From the NCBI GenBank assembly GCA_037129835.1, contig JBAXUE010000001.1, positions 26,085 to 90,084 on the forward strand: a stretch of DNA of 64,000 nucleotides, written 5' to 3'. Origin of the DNA: a bacterium. GTDB lineage: Bacteria > Patescibacteriota > CPR2 > UBA1875 > CAIMLA01. A program made the translations under genes and the position numbers. The notes below the pieces were generated by a model. That model did not search any database and had not been told where the DNA came from. It worked only from the letters and a program-made list of their open reading frames with translations. Below, in pieces: positions 48,697 through 59,177 of this stretch. Every line of letters starts with the position of its first letter. Within the stretch, counting starts at the first letter, position 1.

Positions 48697-51600
48697 GTGT
48701 CTTTAGCAAAGAAAATAATTGCATTTTTCCAGATACAAAATAGGCCTAATTACAGACCACATGTGCGGAGAGAAAGATTTGTTACTGCATATAATGACGC
48801 TATAAATATAGGGATTAACCATAATAGTTCCCGTAGAAGACAGGTAATTAGAAGATATAATACTGGTTTTACTTATTCAATTATAAAAAATAAAAAAAAT
48901 GAGACTAGATTTCTCGTTCGTACGGTTTCCTATACTGTGGCTGTAATGTTGGTTTTTTCTATTTTTAATTTTGCCTCTGCCAGTTTATCTCCTACACAAG
49001 ACCAAGTGCCAGATGGAGTAGTAAAAAATGAAATCTTAGTTAAATATCGTAATAAATCAGCGTCCGTACTTACGAGCATCGAGCGAGATAGACATGTGTT
49101 GGCAAAAGAGCAAGCCTTTGATGATAAAGTACTTCTTGATGTTCGCTCAAAATTTGCAACAAGAACAGCTCGGGCGGAATCAATTAATGATGTTCCTGCG
49201 GATTTAGCAAATGTAATAAAAGTTAAAGTAGAGCCAGGCGCAAATATCCCAGAACTCATAATGCAATATCGTCTAGATCCGAATGTTGAATCGGTAAGTT
49301 ACAATTATTTAAAAAAATTAGAATATTCTCCCAATGATCCTTTATACGGGACCCAATATAATTTGACCAGTATTAATGCTGGAGCGGCAATTGATATAAA
49401 TGAAGGTGCGCCCGCTGTTGTGATAGCTGTTTTGGATTCTGGTGTTCAGGGCACACACGATGATTTCACTTACGCTGATTTGAGCACTAAAGTTTTGGCT
49501 GGTTATGATTTTGGAACAAATACCGCGATACCAGCAAATTCAAACTCAGATACTTCGGCTTCACCTGGACACGGTACGGCCGTTGCGGGTACAGCAGCAG
49601 CTTTATGTAATAACGCAAAAGGGATTTCTGGTATAGCTTGTAATAATAAAATAATGCCAGTTAAGATCGCTGATGCAGCTGGGCTAATTAATACCATAAC
49701 TGTGACGCGAGCTATTTTGTACGCTGTTGCCAACGGAGCCGATATTATTAATCTAAGTATTGGGTCAGAAGTTGCAGAAACAACAGTATATGATTCCTTT
49801 ATGGACGATGCTCTGAAGTACGCTCATGATAATGGTGTAGTGACAGTTGTAGCAGCAGGAAATGGGGAATTTGGGGATAAAAATATTGGTGATGACATTG
49901 CTTTTTCTTCTCCTGCAAGTTCGCCATATGCGATAGTCGTCGGAGCAACAGGGACCGATAATGCACGAGTTGCATGGTCAAACTATGGATCAAAACTAGA
50001 TTTCATGGCACCGGGCGTTGCAATCCCTGTTCCTAGCGCCACAGCACATGATCAATACAAGACTGTTGCTGGTACTTCATTTTCTGCTCCAACAGTTTCG
50101 GGGGTGATCGGTCTTATGCTATCGGAGAACCCCAGCCTTACAGTTGAGCAGATCCGACAAATACTTAGGAAAACAGCAACAGATATGGGTACTGCTGGCT
50201 TTGATATAAACACGGGTTACGGATTGATAAATGCCGGTAAGGCAATGACCGCAGTATCGAGCACCATGCCATCAACAGCGTTTATTAATCCCGTCCAAAA
50301 TGTTAATAACGGCTCCAGATTGATCACCGGCACTGCTAGTGGACCACTTTTCCATTCCTATAGTTTAGAGTATGGTTCTACTACCCAGCCATCTTCTGGC
50401 TGGACAGTAATTTCTACTAGTCATAGCCCTGTCACTGATAGCACTCTGGGTACTTGGGACACATCTTCTATGGGCGCCGGAAATTATACAATTAGATTGA
50501 CAGTCACAAATAACGATACGCCGATTACTACGAGCACATTTACAACTTATGCAGAAATAGTGAATATACCTAAGATAATAGTCAACAACCCAGGAGTTAC
50601 CAATGATACAACACCTACCATTACGGGTAAAATTATCAGCACAAATGGAAAGATAATTGATTTAGCTGCATATGCCGTCGATTCGTCTCTGGTTGCAAAT
50701 CTTTCTGAAATTACACTTACTCCTACTGGAGTGTCAACAGAAGTTAATTATTCTTTTACGACCCCTCAACTTACGGCAGGAAACCACAGAATTTGGATAG
50801 CAGCCTTAGATTCATCTACCGTTCAGGGCAACTATGATTTGAGCTTGAGTATAGATATTACCGCCCCCATAGCGCCCGTTATCGCTTCTCCGGTGAATAA
50901 TGACATTGTGAATACAGATACTGTAGATGTTTCTGGCACAGCAGAGCCAAATTCTACAGTGACGGTTTATGTCGATTCTGCGTCTGTTGGAACTACAAAA
51001 ACTGATTCTATTGGAGTATGGGCGAAAAACTCTGTCCCGCTTGCCGCAGGAGAAAACAATTTAGAAGCTACAGCAACTGATGTGGCAAATAATGTAAGCG
51101 TAAAATCCACCTCTGTGAATGTATCTAGAACAGCAGGTCCCAGTATTGGGTTGGCAGTGGTATCTACTTCTGTTATTGCTGGTACAGAATTTAATATTAC
51201 GGCCTCTGCTTTAGATGCCGACACCAATGTAAATACTGGTTTTCGAGGTACAGTAACTTTAACCTCAAGTGATAGTGCGGCGACACTGCCGACACAGTCT
51301 AACCATGAGTACGTAAGTGCAGATAATGGAGTATTTGAGTTCACTGGTATTACTTTAAGAACAGCTGGGGCACAAACAATCACTGCAACTGTTAGTAATG
51401 ATAGTGAATATACTGTGAAAACTTTCATAAAAAGATTTACAGTTTCAGCTGCTCCTGCGACAGAGATCATCATGGAGTCTGGTAATTCTCAGTCTGCCGT
51501 AGTCAATCGTTACCTCAAAGACCCACTCGTGGTTTTAGTAAAAGATACATATGGCAATCCGGTACCAAATAAAGACTTAAGCATCAATGTTACTGTTGGC

Positions 51601-52404
51601 GGTGGTTTAGCTGTCCCTTCAGCCATCACAACGGGTTCGAATGGCATGGGCAGTACGACATTTAAGATGGGTTCAACGGTAGGTAGTAATGCACTTACAA
51701 TAGGAGCAGACGGTCTTACCGCAGTAACATTTACAGCAACAGCAACTATCTTTATTTATAACGTAACACCTGGTGAGGGTAGTTCGATAAGTCAAAATAC
51801 TTATATACAAAGTAGTGATACAAATGCTAAGGCAGCATTTGATGTAGGCGCTGTTACTGAGAACACAAATGTTACTATAAGTAAAATCGCGCAAACTCAT
51901 TCACCAACATCCGGGAAAATCTATATTAGCGGTAGTGATTTTTATGATTTTACTGCCGAGAAAGAATCTGGAGAACTAGTAACATCTTTTCCTGAAAACA
52001 AGGTTATGATCGCAATATTATTTAATGCGGCTATCGCAGAATCAGTCATTTATACCAACCCATCTTTATATTTTTGGAATAAAGATACCAGTGTCTGGGA
52101 CCAAGCTGGTGTAAACGAATTTATGGGAAATAGTTATGGTGTCGTGGCTATGCCTACGCATTTTACCGGTTTTGCTGCCATGGCAGATGGTGTGGAATCA
52201 GTACCATCTACTTATACTGATAGCCCAACAACTAGCCCCACTGCCTATATCACTAAACTAGCATCAACGGTCGGAGTAGCCACACTACCTTCAACCGGCA
52301 CAAGCTTAGTAATACTCTATGAACTCATCATTGCTCTGTTGTTTGGGCTAGTCTTATCTTTGTACCACCCGCAAATGATAAAAAGGTTTAAGAGAAGAAA
52401 ATAA
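48697..52404 (+). CDS. subtilisin-like (S8) serine protease with Ig-like repeats and C-terminal LPSTG sortase sorting signal
   Basis: Catalytic triad VLDSGV / HGTAVAG / GTSFSAPTVSG. C-terminus LPSTG plus hydrophobic TM plus KRFKRRK. Start codon uncertain (GTG 48697 or 48752). Confidence 0.8.
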   Translation: MSLAKKIIAFFQIQNRPNYRPHVRRERFVTAYNDAINIGINHNSSRRRQVIRRYNTGFTYSIIKNKKNETRFLVRTVSYTVAVMLVFSIFNFASASLSPTQDQVPDGVVKNEILVKYRNKSASVLTSIERDRHVLAKEQAFDDKVLLDVRSKFATRTARAESINDVPADLANVIKVKVEPGANIPELIMQYRLDPNVESVSYNYLKKLEYSPNDPLYGTQYNLTSINAGAAIDINEGAPAVVIAVLDSGVQGTHDDFTYADLSTKVLAGYDFGTNTAIPANSNSDTSASPGHGTAVAGTAAALCNNAKGISGIACNNKIMPVKIADAAGLINTITVTRAILYAVANGADIINLSIGSEVAETTVYDSFMDDALKYAHDNGVVTVVAAGNGEFGDKNIGDDIAFSSPASSPYAIVVGATGTDNARVAWSNYGSKLDFMAPGVAIPVPSATAHDQYKTVAGTSFSAPTVSGVIGLMLSENPSLTVEQIRQILRKTATDMGTAGFDINTGYGLINAGKAMTAVSSTMPSTAFINPVQNVNNGSRLITGTASGPLFHSYSLEYGSTTQPSSGWTVISTSHSPVTDSTLGTWDTSSMGAGNYTIRLTVTNNDTPITTSTFTTYAEIVNIPKIIVNNPGVTNDTTPTITGKIISTNGKIIDLAAYAVDSSLVANLSEITLTPTGVSTEVNYSFTTPQLTAGNHRIWIAALDSSTVQGNYDLSLSIDITAPIAPVIASPVNNDIVNTDTVDVSGTAEPNSTVTVYVDSASVGTTKTDSIGVWAKNSVPLAAGENNLEATATDVANNVSVKSTSVNVSRTAGPSIGLAVVSTSVIAGTEFNITASALDADTNVNTGFRGTVTLTSSDSAATLPTQSNHEYVSADNGVFEFTGITLRTAGAQTITATVSNDSEYTVKTFIKRFTVSAAPATEIIMESGNSQSAVVNRYLKDPLVVLVKDTYGNPVPNKDLSINVTVGGGLAVPSAITTGSNGMGSTTFKMGSTVGSNALTIGADGLTAVTFTATATIFIYNVTPGEGSSISQNTYIQSSDTNAKAAFDVGAVTENTNVTISKIAQTHSPTSGKIYISGSDFYDFTAEKESGELVTSFPENKVMIAILFNAAIAESVIYTNPSLYFWNKDTSVWDQAGVNEFMGNSYGVVAMPTHFTGFAAMADGVESVPSTYTDSPTTSPTAYITKLASTVGVATLPSTGTSLVILYELIIALLFGLVLSLYHPQMIKRFKRRK

Positions 52405-52946
52405 TGAAATTATTGCTACACGCTTGTTGCGGCCCTTGTTTTTTGGGTGTTTGGAGAGAATTATCCTCCCATAAAGACATTGATACTTCTCTTATCTATT
52501 ATAATCCAAATATATTCCCCGATAGTGAATATGACAAACGCTATCATAATCTAATTAAAGCTTCGATTGGAAAAGTAAACAATCTAATAAAGCCTGATTA
52601 TCAAAGTCAATTGTATGGAATAGCTATAAACAAAAATAATTCTGCTTATCCTGGGCGTTGCCTTTATTGTTATCGCCTTCGTTTGGAAAAGGTTGCGCAA
52701 TATGCTGTTAAAAATGCGTACGACGCATTTTCTACAACGCTACTTGTAAGTCCATATCAACAGCATGATATATTAAAGAAAATTGCAGAAGAAGTTGCGG
52801 CAAAGCATAATATTAAATTCTATTACTACGACTGGCGGCCGTATTTTAGAGAAAGTCAAAATGATGCACGCCAAACTGGACTATATCTACAAAAATACTG
52901 TGGTTGTGAATACTCACTAAAAGAAGCTTCAAAGACGAATAAGTAA
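52404..52946 (+). CDS. queH: epoxyqueuosine reductase QueH (DUF208)
   Basis: N-terminal MKLLLHACCGPC signature. Confidence 0.7.
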   Translation: MKLLLHACCGPCFLGVWRELSSHKDIDTSLIYYNPNIFPDSEYDKRYHNLIKASIGKVNNLIKPDYQSQLYGIAINKNNSAYPGRCLYCYRLRLEKVAQYAVKNAYDAFSTTLLVSPYQQHDILKKIAEEVAAKHNIKFYYYDWRPYFRESQNDARQTGLYLQKYCGCEYSLKEASKTNK

Positions 52947-53003
52947 GCGCAACTTTCTTTTAACTTTAACTGTTTTGACATATAATTATTCTAAGAGGGG
53001 TTT

Positions 53004-53231
53004 ATGGCATTTTTCTTATTAATATATGTGTTTATTTGTATATACTGGTTCGTAAGGAGTGTGCTTTTAACGGTTATAATCTTTAAGCATCGCTTCCCCG
53101 GAAGAGAAGTCATATATGGGCTTATCGCGTTTTGGTCTTGGTCTTTTATTATTTTATTTGCGTCGTTTATGCTTATTTCTGCTGCAGACTGGAAAACCGT
53201 TCCCGATTTTATGAAAGTACTAGGGGGTTAG
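53004..53231 (+). CDS. small membrane protein
   Basis: 75 aa, 2 TM. Confidence 0.35.
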   Translation: MAFFLLIYVFICIYWFVRSVLLTVIIFKHRFPGREVIYGLIAFWSWSFIILFASFMLISAADWKTVPDFMKVLGG

Positions 53232-53840
53232 ATGCAAGGAAACAAATACTTTGAATCCCAAGGAGATAACGAAGAAGTAATACTAGTTATTCGTCGTTAT
53301 TTTTTGGGTATATTTCAAGAGATGATCTTTGCGGTTATCTCATTTATACTGATATTTGTCTTTTTTGGTGCCGTGGCAGTCTTTTTCCCTATATTAATAC
53401 AGGGTTACGGATATAACATCTGTGTTTTGTTGTGGAGCCTATTAATGTTATTTGTTACGTTATTTATTTTCACTGTCTGGTCTTTGCATTATCTCAATGT
53501 TGCCATTATTACAAACGAGCATCTTGCAGAGATAGACCAAAAAGGAGTATTCACTAGGGACGTTTCGGTAATGACACTCGATAAGCTACAAGATATTTCT
53601 GCTTCTCAAGATGGGTTCTTCCCAAATATGTTTAATTATGGGAAAATACATATACAAACTGCTGGGGAACTACCCAATTTTGTATTAGAATTCGTTAAGG
53701 ACCCGCATGGAGTGGCAAAAAAGATTATTGAAGTTACAAAAACATATCATGGCAACAATAGAGCTGTTGAAAATGAGGATAACAACAATTATGACGCAGA
53801 AAAAGCTATGAACACAACAACGTCAAAACAAGGAGATTAG
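53232..53840 (+). CDS. membrane protein with bacterial PH-like (DUF304-type) architecture, putative
   Basis: Two TM segments followed by a soluble domain. Weak call. Confidence 0.4.
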   Translation: MQGNKYFESQGDNEEVILVIRRYFLGIFQEMIFAVISFILIFVFFGAVAVFFPILIQGYGYNICVLLWSLLMLFVTLFIFTVWSLHYLNVAIITNEHLAEIDQKGVFTRDVSVMTLDKLQDISASQDGFFPNMFNYGKIHIQTAGELPNFVLEFVKDPHGVAKKIIEVTKTYHGNNRAVENEDNNNYDAEKAMNTTTSKQGD

Positions 53841-53845
53841 GGTTA

Positions 53846-54916
53846 ATGGAGGGATTCATCTTTAAAATTGATCCTATATGGAAGAAAAAAGACGTAGTAG
53901 GTATTGATATCGGTACCAAAACTATTAAATTTGTTCAACTCAAAAAACACGGTAGATTAACAAGATTAGTTAGCTATGGCCAGATACCCGTGCCCGAAAA
54001 TTTTATTATTGAGGGTATAGTCGCGGAGCCAGAGAAACTATCAGAAATTATTCGTAAATTCTTTAATGAAAATAAGTGGGGGAAAATCACAGCCAAAAGA
54101 GTCTGTGCCTCTCTCCCAGAGTCAAAAATATTTACTCATATTGTTTCCTTGCCACAGAAGACGACAAAAGAGTTGGTGGATGCAGTAAACTGGGAGGCAA
54201 GCCAGACAATTCCGATGGCTATGACAGATCTTTACATGGATTGGCAGGTTATTGGCGCCACCGAAAAAAATAATGAAATGGTAGAAGTTATATACTCTGC
54301 AGCACCGCGTGCGATAGTGGATTCATATATGCAACTTTTTAGTATTTTGGGGTTAGAAATCGAAAGCTTAGAAACTAGTCTGATCCCAATTGTTAGAGCC
54401 ATTATTTCCTCTAAGAAAAATAATGTAGCAACACTTATTATCGATATTGGCGGTAGGAGTACTAATCTTGCAGTTATTGATGGCTTTGTACGGATTACCG
54501 GTAGTACACTTCTTGGCGGCGAGCAGCTTACTTATCGTGTTTCTGAGGCTTTAAATATTAATGAAACTAAGGCTACAAAGGATATAGTAATTAAAAATAC
54601 AAAAGACAGGGCCAAGATAAGGCAAGCTCTTGATACGGAAGTTACTGAAATAACAAAAGAGGCTACTAGGGTTATTAATTATTATGAAACTAATAGCGAA
54701 AAACATAGAAAGATAGAGCGGGTACTAATTTGTGGCGGAAGTGCCGGACTACCTACTTTGATTGATATTTTTACAGAAAAACTAGGGATAAAAACAGAGA
54801 TAGGCAACCCATGGCTGAACATTTCTGTATACCCAATAAAGTCTATACCGCACCAAGACGTTCCTGGGTACACCACAGCAGTTGGATTGGCGCTGTTGGG
54901 GGTAGAAAATGATTAG
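53846..54916 (+). CDS. pilM: type IV pilus assembly protein PilM (actin-like ATPase)
   Basis: VGIDIGTKTIKFVQL..., and the position before pilN/pilO. Confidence 0.85.
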   Translation: MEGFIFKIDPIWKKKDVVGIDIGTKTIKFVQLKKHGRLTRLVSYGQIPVPENFIIEGIVAEPEKLSEIIRKFFNENKWGKITAKRVCASLPESKIFTHIVSLPQKTTKELVDAVNWEASQTIPMAMTDLYMDWQVIGATEKNNEMVEVIYSAAPRAIVDSYMQLFSILGLEIESLETSLIPIVRAIISSKKNNVATLIIDIGGRSTNLAVIDGFVRITGSTLLGGEQLTYRVSEALNINETKATKDIVIKNTKDRAKIRQALDTEVTEITKEATRVINYYETNSEKHRKIERVLICGGSAGLPTLIDIFTEKLGIKTEIGNPWLNISVYPIKSIPHQDVPGYTTAVGLALLGVEND

Positions 54917-55478
54917 ACTAAATCTTATGCCACCAGAAATCAAAAAAGAGCTAGAGTACGCCAGGAAAAACGCTAAAATATACCAGAATCTACTTCGACT
55001 TTTTGCTATTTTCTTTGCGACGATTACCTTGATGGGCTTTGTTTATTTGGTTGTTTTGGACAATTTTACTTTAGCGAAAAATGTTCAGGCGAGTGCGAAA
55101 TTTCAAAACTCAAGACTGGAAGAGACGAAGATCTCGGCAACAGATATTTATAATCGTATCAATTTGATTGGAAAATTACGAAAAGATCGGCTTAATTGGG
55201 AGCATATCTTTTCAGAGATAGCGAATAGTACCCCTATTGGCGTACGGCTTATAGGCTTTGATTTTACTAATGTCGCAAAAAACAGAGTTGAGCTAGTCGG
55301 TTTCGCACTATCAAATGCTGATGTTGGTAACTTCAGGGAATTACTGTCAAAGTCGAGAATATTCCAATATGTTGATATAGAGAATTTATCAGCAGGAACC
55401 GACCCTTTGGATTCTACAAAATCAGGAGTTACCTTTAAAATATCTTTGAACCTAAAGATAGGTGAGGCGAAAAAATGA
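54909..55478 (+). CDS. pilN: PilN
   Basis: MIRLNLMPPEIKK, single TM. ATGA overlap with pilM. Confidence 0.7.
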   Translation: MIRLNLMPPEIKKELEYARKNAKIYQNLLRLFAIFFATITLMGFVYLVVLDNFTLAKNVQASAKFQNSRLEETKISATDIYNRINLIGKLRKDRLNWEHIFSEIANSTPIGVRLIGFDFTNVAKNRVELVGFALSNADVGNFRELLSKSRIFQYVDIENLSAGTDPLDSTKSGVTFKISLNLKIGEAKK

Positions 55479-56053
55479 AAGGTGTAGCTCAAAAAACATA
55501 TTTTAACCTCGTAATGGCTACTATGGTTTTAATAGTCATTTTTATTTCTTTATTATCACTGGGTTGGTACTATATAATAAGTCTGAGTAACACAGTAAAT
55601 AGTCTAAATACTGAAAAAAATAATTATCAAAACGAATCTACAATACTTGAAAATTTAAATGCAAAGATGAATAAAATATCTTCCCAAAAAAACCTTGTTT
55701 ATGAATCTATTCCGAAGTCAAAAGACATTTCAAATTTTATCGCGACTATCGAAGTTGAAACAAGAAAATATAATTTATCGATGTCAAAAACTTCAATAGG
55801 CACTACGAAATCTGTGACAAAAACAGGAAGTGACTACAGTCAAACAATTAATAAGCAGCAGTATTATGAGATTCCAATACAATATGAGGTTTACGGGAAA
55901 TACGAAGATTTAACAAATTTTATTAATAGTTTATCGGGTCTTGCACGACTGAATTCTGTATCCAACCTCGTGATTACAGCAGATAATTCAGATCCAGCAC
56001 AACCCACAAAGGTAAAAGCGGGATTTATAATAACGATTTATGCGAAAAAATGA
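55475..56053 (+). CDS. pilO: PilO-like
   Basis: Single TM, coiled coil, periplasmic domain. Called on operon position. Confidence 0.55.
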   Translation: MKGVAQKTYFNLVMATMVLIVIFISLLSLGWYYIISLSNTVNSLNTEKNNYQNESTILENLNAKMNKISSQKNLVYESIPKSKDISNFIATIEVETRKYNLSMSKTSIGTTKSVTKTGSDYSQTINKQQYYEIPIQYEVYGKYEDLTNFINSLSGLARLNSVSNLVITADNSDPAQPTKVKAGFIITIYAKK

Positions 56054-56334
56054 GTAAAATAAAAGTTAACAAAGAAAATATTATCAGAATGAGCACTGGT
56101 TCATTAAAATACTTGCAATACTTTAGTGCTATATTATTTGTCATCGTGATGGTGTATTTGTCATATTATGTACTTGTGCCTCGAGCAGATGTAGCTTCGC
56201 AATCGCAAGGTATAGTTGAAAATAATAAACTTAATATGAATTTTAATACCAAAATATTAAATGAAACTAGTCAGTCACAAAACATTCAAGCAGCAGAACC
56301 TGGCAGTACCAGGAACCCTTTTTCGCCTATGTAA
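56050..56334 (+). CDS. small membrane-anchored protein (possible PilP-like; ends RNPFSP)
   Basis: Position after pilO, and single TM. Weak call. Confidence 0.3.
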   Translation: MSKIKVNKENIIRMSTGSLKYLQYFSAILFVIVMVYLSYYVLVPRADVASQSQGIVENNKLNMNFNTKILNETSQSQNIQAAEPGSTRNPFSPM

Positions 56335-56356
56335 TTATTATGGGTCTAATGACGTT

Positions 56357-57658
56357 TTATTCTAAAATAAGCCACTCTGTAATCGTCCATTTTCCAGCAG
56401 GTCCAGAAGATATGCCGCTGTTTCCCCAGTTGCCATCATAGTCAAGAGTCGCATTGTTCTCAAGTACTAAGCCGTTTGCAACTACCGCTCTAATTTGAGA
56501 GACGTTATTTTGTTTATATGAGCCATATGGGGCATAGTAAACGCCTCCGTGAATGTTGTTTGAGACGTTAATCGCAGGGTAGCTTTTCCAATTGTCAGGC
56601 TGGGCTGGAGCTTTTGGCGACTGCGTAGAGAACATTAGTATATAGCTTGGTGTTTTGGGGTTATTTTTGTTTATTCCGGAAATAGTAACATTATTGCTAA
56701 GAGAAATAATACCTTTAGTCCAGTCAGATCGGTTACTTTTATAATCCGCAATAATAACAGCACTGTTGTTGCCAAAGCTTGAATCTAGATATACTTTGGC
56801 ATTATTATTTATCGTTATATTGCCGTTAACCCATAAATTACCAGTAATCTTTAGCTCAGAGTTGTTTGTTACGGTGAGATTGCCATTTATTTGTCTTGGT
56901 CCGAGTGTGTTGTTTGTGCCATTTATGGTTACATTGCCGTTTGTAATGCCACCAGCCGTAGCCACTGCTTCGAAGGAATCAATTGTGCTTTCGAGGTTCG
57001 CTGGGGCGATTGGTGGCTCTTGGGTAGCCGGGTAGGCCCCAGTCGTCTTTGTGCCCGCAACATTTGTTCCGCTTATCGTGAAGGCCGTAGCATTGCCGCT
57101 GATTTTGCCATTACTGATATAGCTTGTTGTTGGTGAGTTGCCTGCACTCGTAGCGTTACCTGTTATAGATGAATTATTACTCATATATATAGGACCATTT
57201 GAATAAGCACTGCCCTTGATTACGGCGTTATTGGACATAGAAATTTGGTTGGCATTAGACTGAGCGCTGTAGTTAAAGTTAAGCGTAGTAACGTTTTCTA
57301 CGCCATTAATTTTTACCCTTACGGTCTTTGTTGCTTGAGGCTTCGCTTTTGTCGGAAGATAGCCAGTGGACTCAATATATTTGCAATCTGTGCCACAATC
57401 TTCGGTAGAGACATCAAATTCTCCCCCTGTCAAAGTTGTATCTAATGTTTTTGTTGCTCCATATGTAAGATTTCCTTTATTAATTTCCCATAATCCTTTA
57501 TTTATGCCAGCCTCGGCATAAGTAAGTGCGGAGAGAATTTGATATTGTTTTTGAATATTTTTTGAATGTGTCCTTACGGCCAAAGAAAGAGCGATCCCCA
57601 GTGTCATTAAAGTAACTAAGACCATAAGTATTCCTATGAGTATGCTTCCCTTTTTCAT
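56357..57658 (-). CDS. PilX-like pilus protein with Asn/Gly/Thr-rich beta-helix repeats
   Basis: N-terminal MKKGSILIGILMVLVTLMTLGIALSL (PilX_N-like). Repeats such as NGNVTINGTNNTL / NGNLTVTNNSELKITGNLWVNGNITINNN. Confidence 0.5.
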   Translation of the reverse strand: MKKGSILIGILMVLVTLMTLGIALSLAVRTHSKNIQKQYQILSALTYAEAGINKGLWEINKGNLTYGATKTLDTTLTGGEFDVSTEDCGTDCKYIESTGYLPTKAKPQATKTVRVKINGVENVTTLNFNYSAQSNANQISMSNNAVIKGSAYSNGPIYMSNNSSITGNATSAGNSPTTSYISNGKISGNATAFTISGTNVAGTKTTGAYPATQEPPIAPANLESTIDSFEAVATAGGITNGNVTINGTNNTLGPRQINGNLTVTNNSELKITGNLWVNGNITINNNAKVYLDSSFGNNSAVIIADYKSNRSDWTKGIISLSNNVTISGINKNNPKTPSYILMFSTQSPKAPAQPDNWKSYPAINVSNNIHGGVYYAPYGSYKQNNVSQIRAVVANGLVLENNATLDYDGNWGNSGISSGPAGKWTITEWLILE

Positions 57659-58212
57659 ATGTGGTTCCTCAGTCTAGCTTTACCCGTAAGTGTAATTTGC
57701 TTGGTCTTCCCATTTACCCGATCGCCCGTCCTAACCGTGGCTGTTACCAAAGTTGCCGTTTCGGCACTTGGATCGTATGAAAAACTTAATTCTAGTACAT
57801 TTGTACTCAGTATTTTATCTATTCCGTTAGTATTATACCGAGTACTAGAGGGATCCGCATAAACAATCCGATGAATTTTGCTATCAGCATAAAAATAAAT
57901 AATGCGATCGAAGAGCATACTTGTGCCAGAATATTGTATCTGTTTGTCGTGATTAATTGCTGGAACTTGGATAATAATAGTGTTTGTGCCCGTTGTAAAA
58001 CCATTGTGGCTAGCCTCTATCAGCATTCCATTTTTTGTTTCGGTAATAATTTTATCTAAAATTGTTTGTGAGTTTGCTTGTATTCTCGCGTTAGATATTT
58101 CATCATTAAAGGTCCGATACCCACTAATAAAAACATTGGAAATTATCAAAGATATTACCGCCACTAGAGACATGGTAATAAGTAGTTCAACTAGAGTAAA
58201 ACCTTTTTTCAT
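57655..58212 (-). CDS. prepilin-type minor pilin
   Basis: MKKGFTLVELLITMSLVAV (G|FTLVE cleavage/methylation motif). The upstream part of the track ORF was rejected. Confidence 0.65.
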   Translation of the reverse strand: MKKGFTLVELLITMSLVAVISLIISNVFISGYRTFNDEISNARIQANSQTILDKIITETKNGMLIEASHNGFTTGTNTIIIQVPAINHDKQIQYSGTSMLFDRIIYFYADSKIHRIVYADPSSTRYNTNGIDKILSTNVLELSFSYDPSAETATLVTATVRTGDRVNGKTKQITLTGKARLRNHI

Positions 58213-58601
58213 TCCATCCCTCCATACATATAGGTATTCAAGGTAACATTTTGAGCTCTTCCCCGGAAACTCCAATCGATAGTGACCTTTATTGCAGCCA
58301 GCCTGTTATCGGTTTGTGGTTTTGTGATTTTAATCTTACCTGATGAGTTAGCTATTCCATCGACTACAAATATAGTGTCGCAAGATACTTGTGGTAGGGG
58401 ACAGAGAGAAACTATTTTGCTTTCTTTAAATTTTTCAATCTCGTTACTAGCGGCTTCTGTAGCAAGAAGTCTTTGTTTTGTTTGCTGGTTTTGATAAATA
58501 GTATTTTGAATTAACGGCAGAACTGCCGAAAATATAACAGCACAAAGCATCAGTGCAATCAATACTTCAATAAACGAAACTCCTGGTTTTTGATATTTCA
58601 C
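58209..58601 (-). CDS. prepilin-type minor pilin
   Basis: KPGVSFIEVLIALML. Confidence 0.6.
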   Translation of the reverse strand: MKYQKPGVSFIEVLIALMLCAVIFSAVLPLIQNTIYQNQQTKQRLLATEAASNEIEKFKESKIVSLCPLPQVSCDTIFVVDGIANSSGKIKITKPQTDNRLAAIKVTIDWSFRGRAQNVTLNTYMYGGME

Positions 58602-58679
58602 ATACCCTCCAAGTTAATTATATATTACAACAAAACAGGTAGCCTTTGCTACCTGTTTTGAATACGTCATGACATATTA

Positions 58680-59108
58680 TTAATCTTGTGAAGTGATGGT
58701 ATAGGTTTTGTTTGGGGCGGTGCCAGTAACATTAGCATCATTTAGGTTCTGGTTCTTAAGCGTAAACTCAAGAGTGTAACCTTCTGATGGGTCTGTTAGA
58801 TGGGTGTAGGTAATACCGTCCACATCAAGCGTAGATTTTACGTATGCTGTTTTGCCATCTGTCGTATCGGTCAGGATGGTTTTCAAAGCCTCAGCTGTTG
58901 CAGCATCAGGGTATGTAGAATCATTATCGCTATAATATTGGGCCAACCCTGGTTCTAGGCCATCTTTTACCGCTGAAATATGGTTAGTGTCATAGGCCTT
59001 GTTGGTTGACGTGACATAAAGGGCAAATCCACCTCCAGCTAAAATGACGATAATAACCATTACGATCAGTAACTCAATAAGAGTAAAACCACTTTTTTGA
59101 TTTATCAT
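58680..59108 (-). CDS. type IV major pilin (PilA-like)
   Basis: MINQKSGFTLIELLIVMVIIVILAG, the canonical G|FTLIELL motif. Strong RBS upstream. Confidence 0.7.
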   Translation of the reverse strand: MINQKSGFTLIELLIVMVIIVILAGGGFALYVTSTNKAYDTNHISAVKDGLEPGLAQYYSDNDSTYPDAATAEALKTILTDTTDGKTAYVKSTLDVDGITYTHLTDPSEGYTLEFTLKNQNLNDANVTGTAPNKTYTITSQD

Positions 59109-59177
59109 TTTTTTCACCTCCCTCCTAATATATTTTAATTTGATTATACACAGTATAACCACATTAAGACAAGTAGA

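Noticed and set aside
58213-58275. N-terminal extension of the minor pilin ORF (MEFPGKSSKCYLEYLYVWRDG)
   Set aside because: The prepilin leader should be short and basic immediately before G|FTLVELL. The start at 58212 gives MKKGF..., and the stop codon of the upstream pilin gene overlaps it (ATGA) there.
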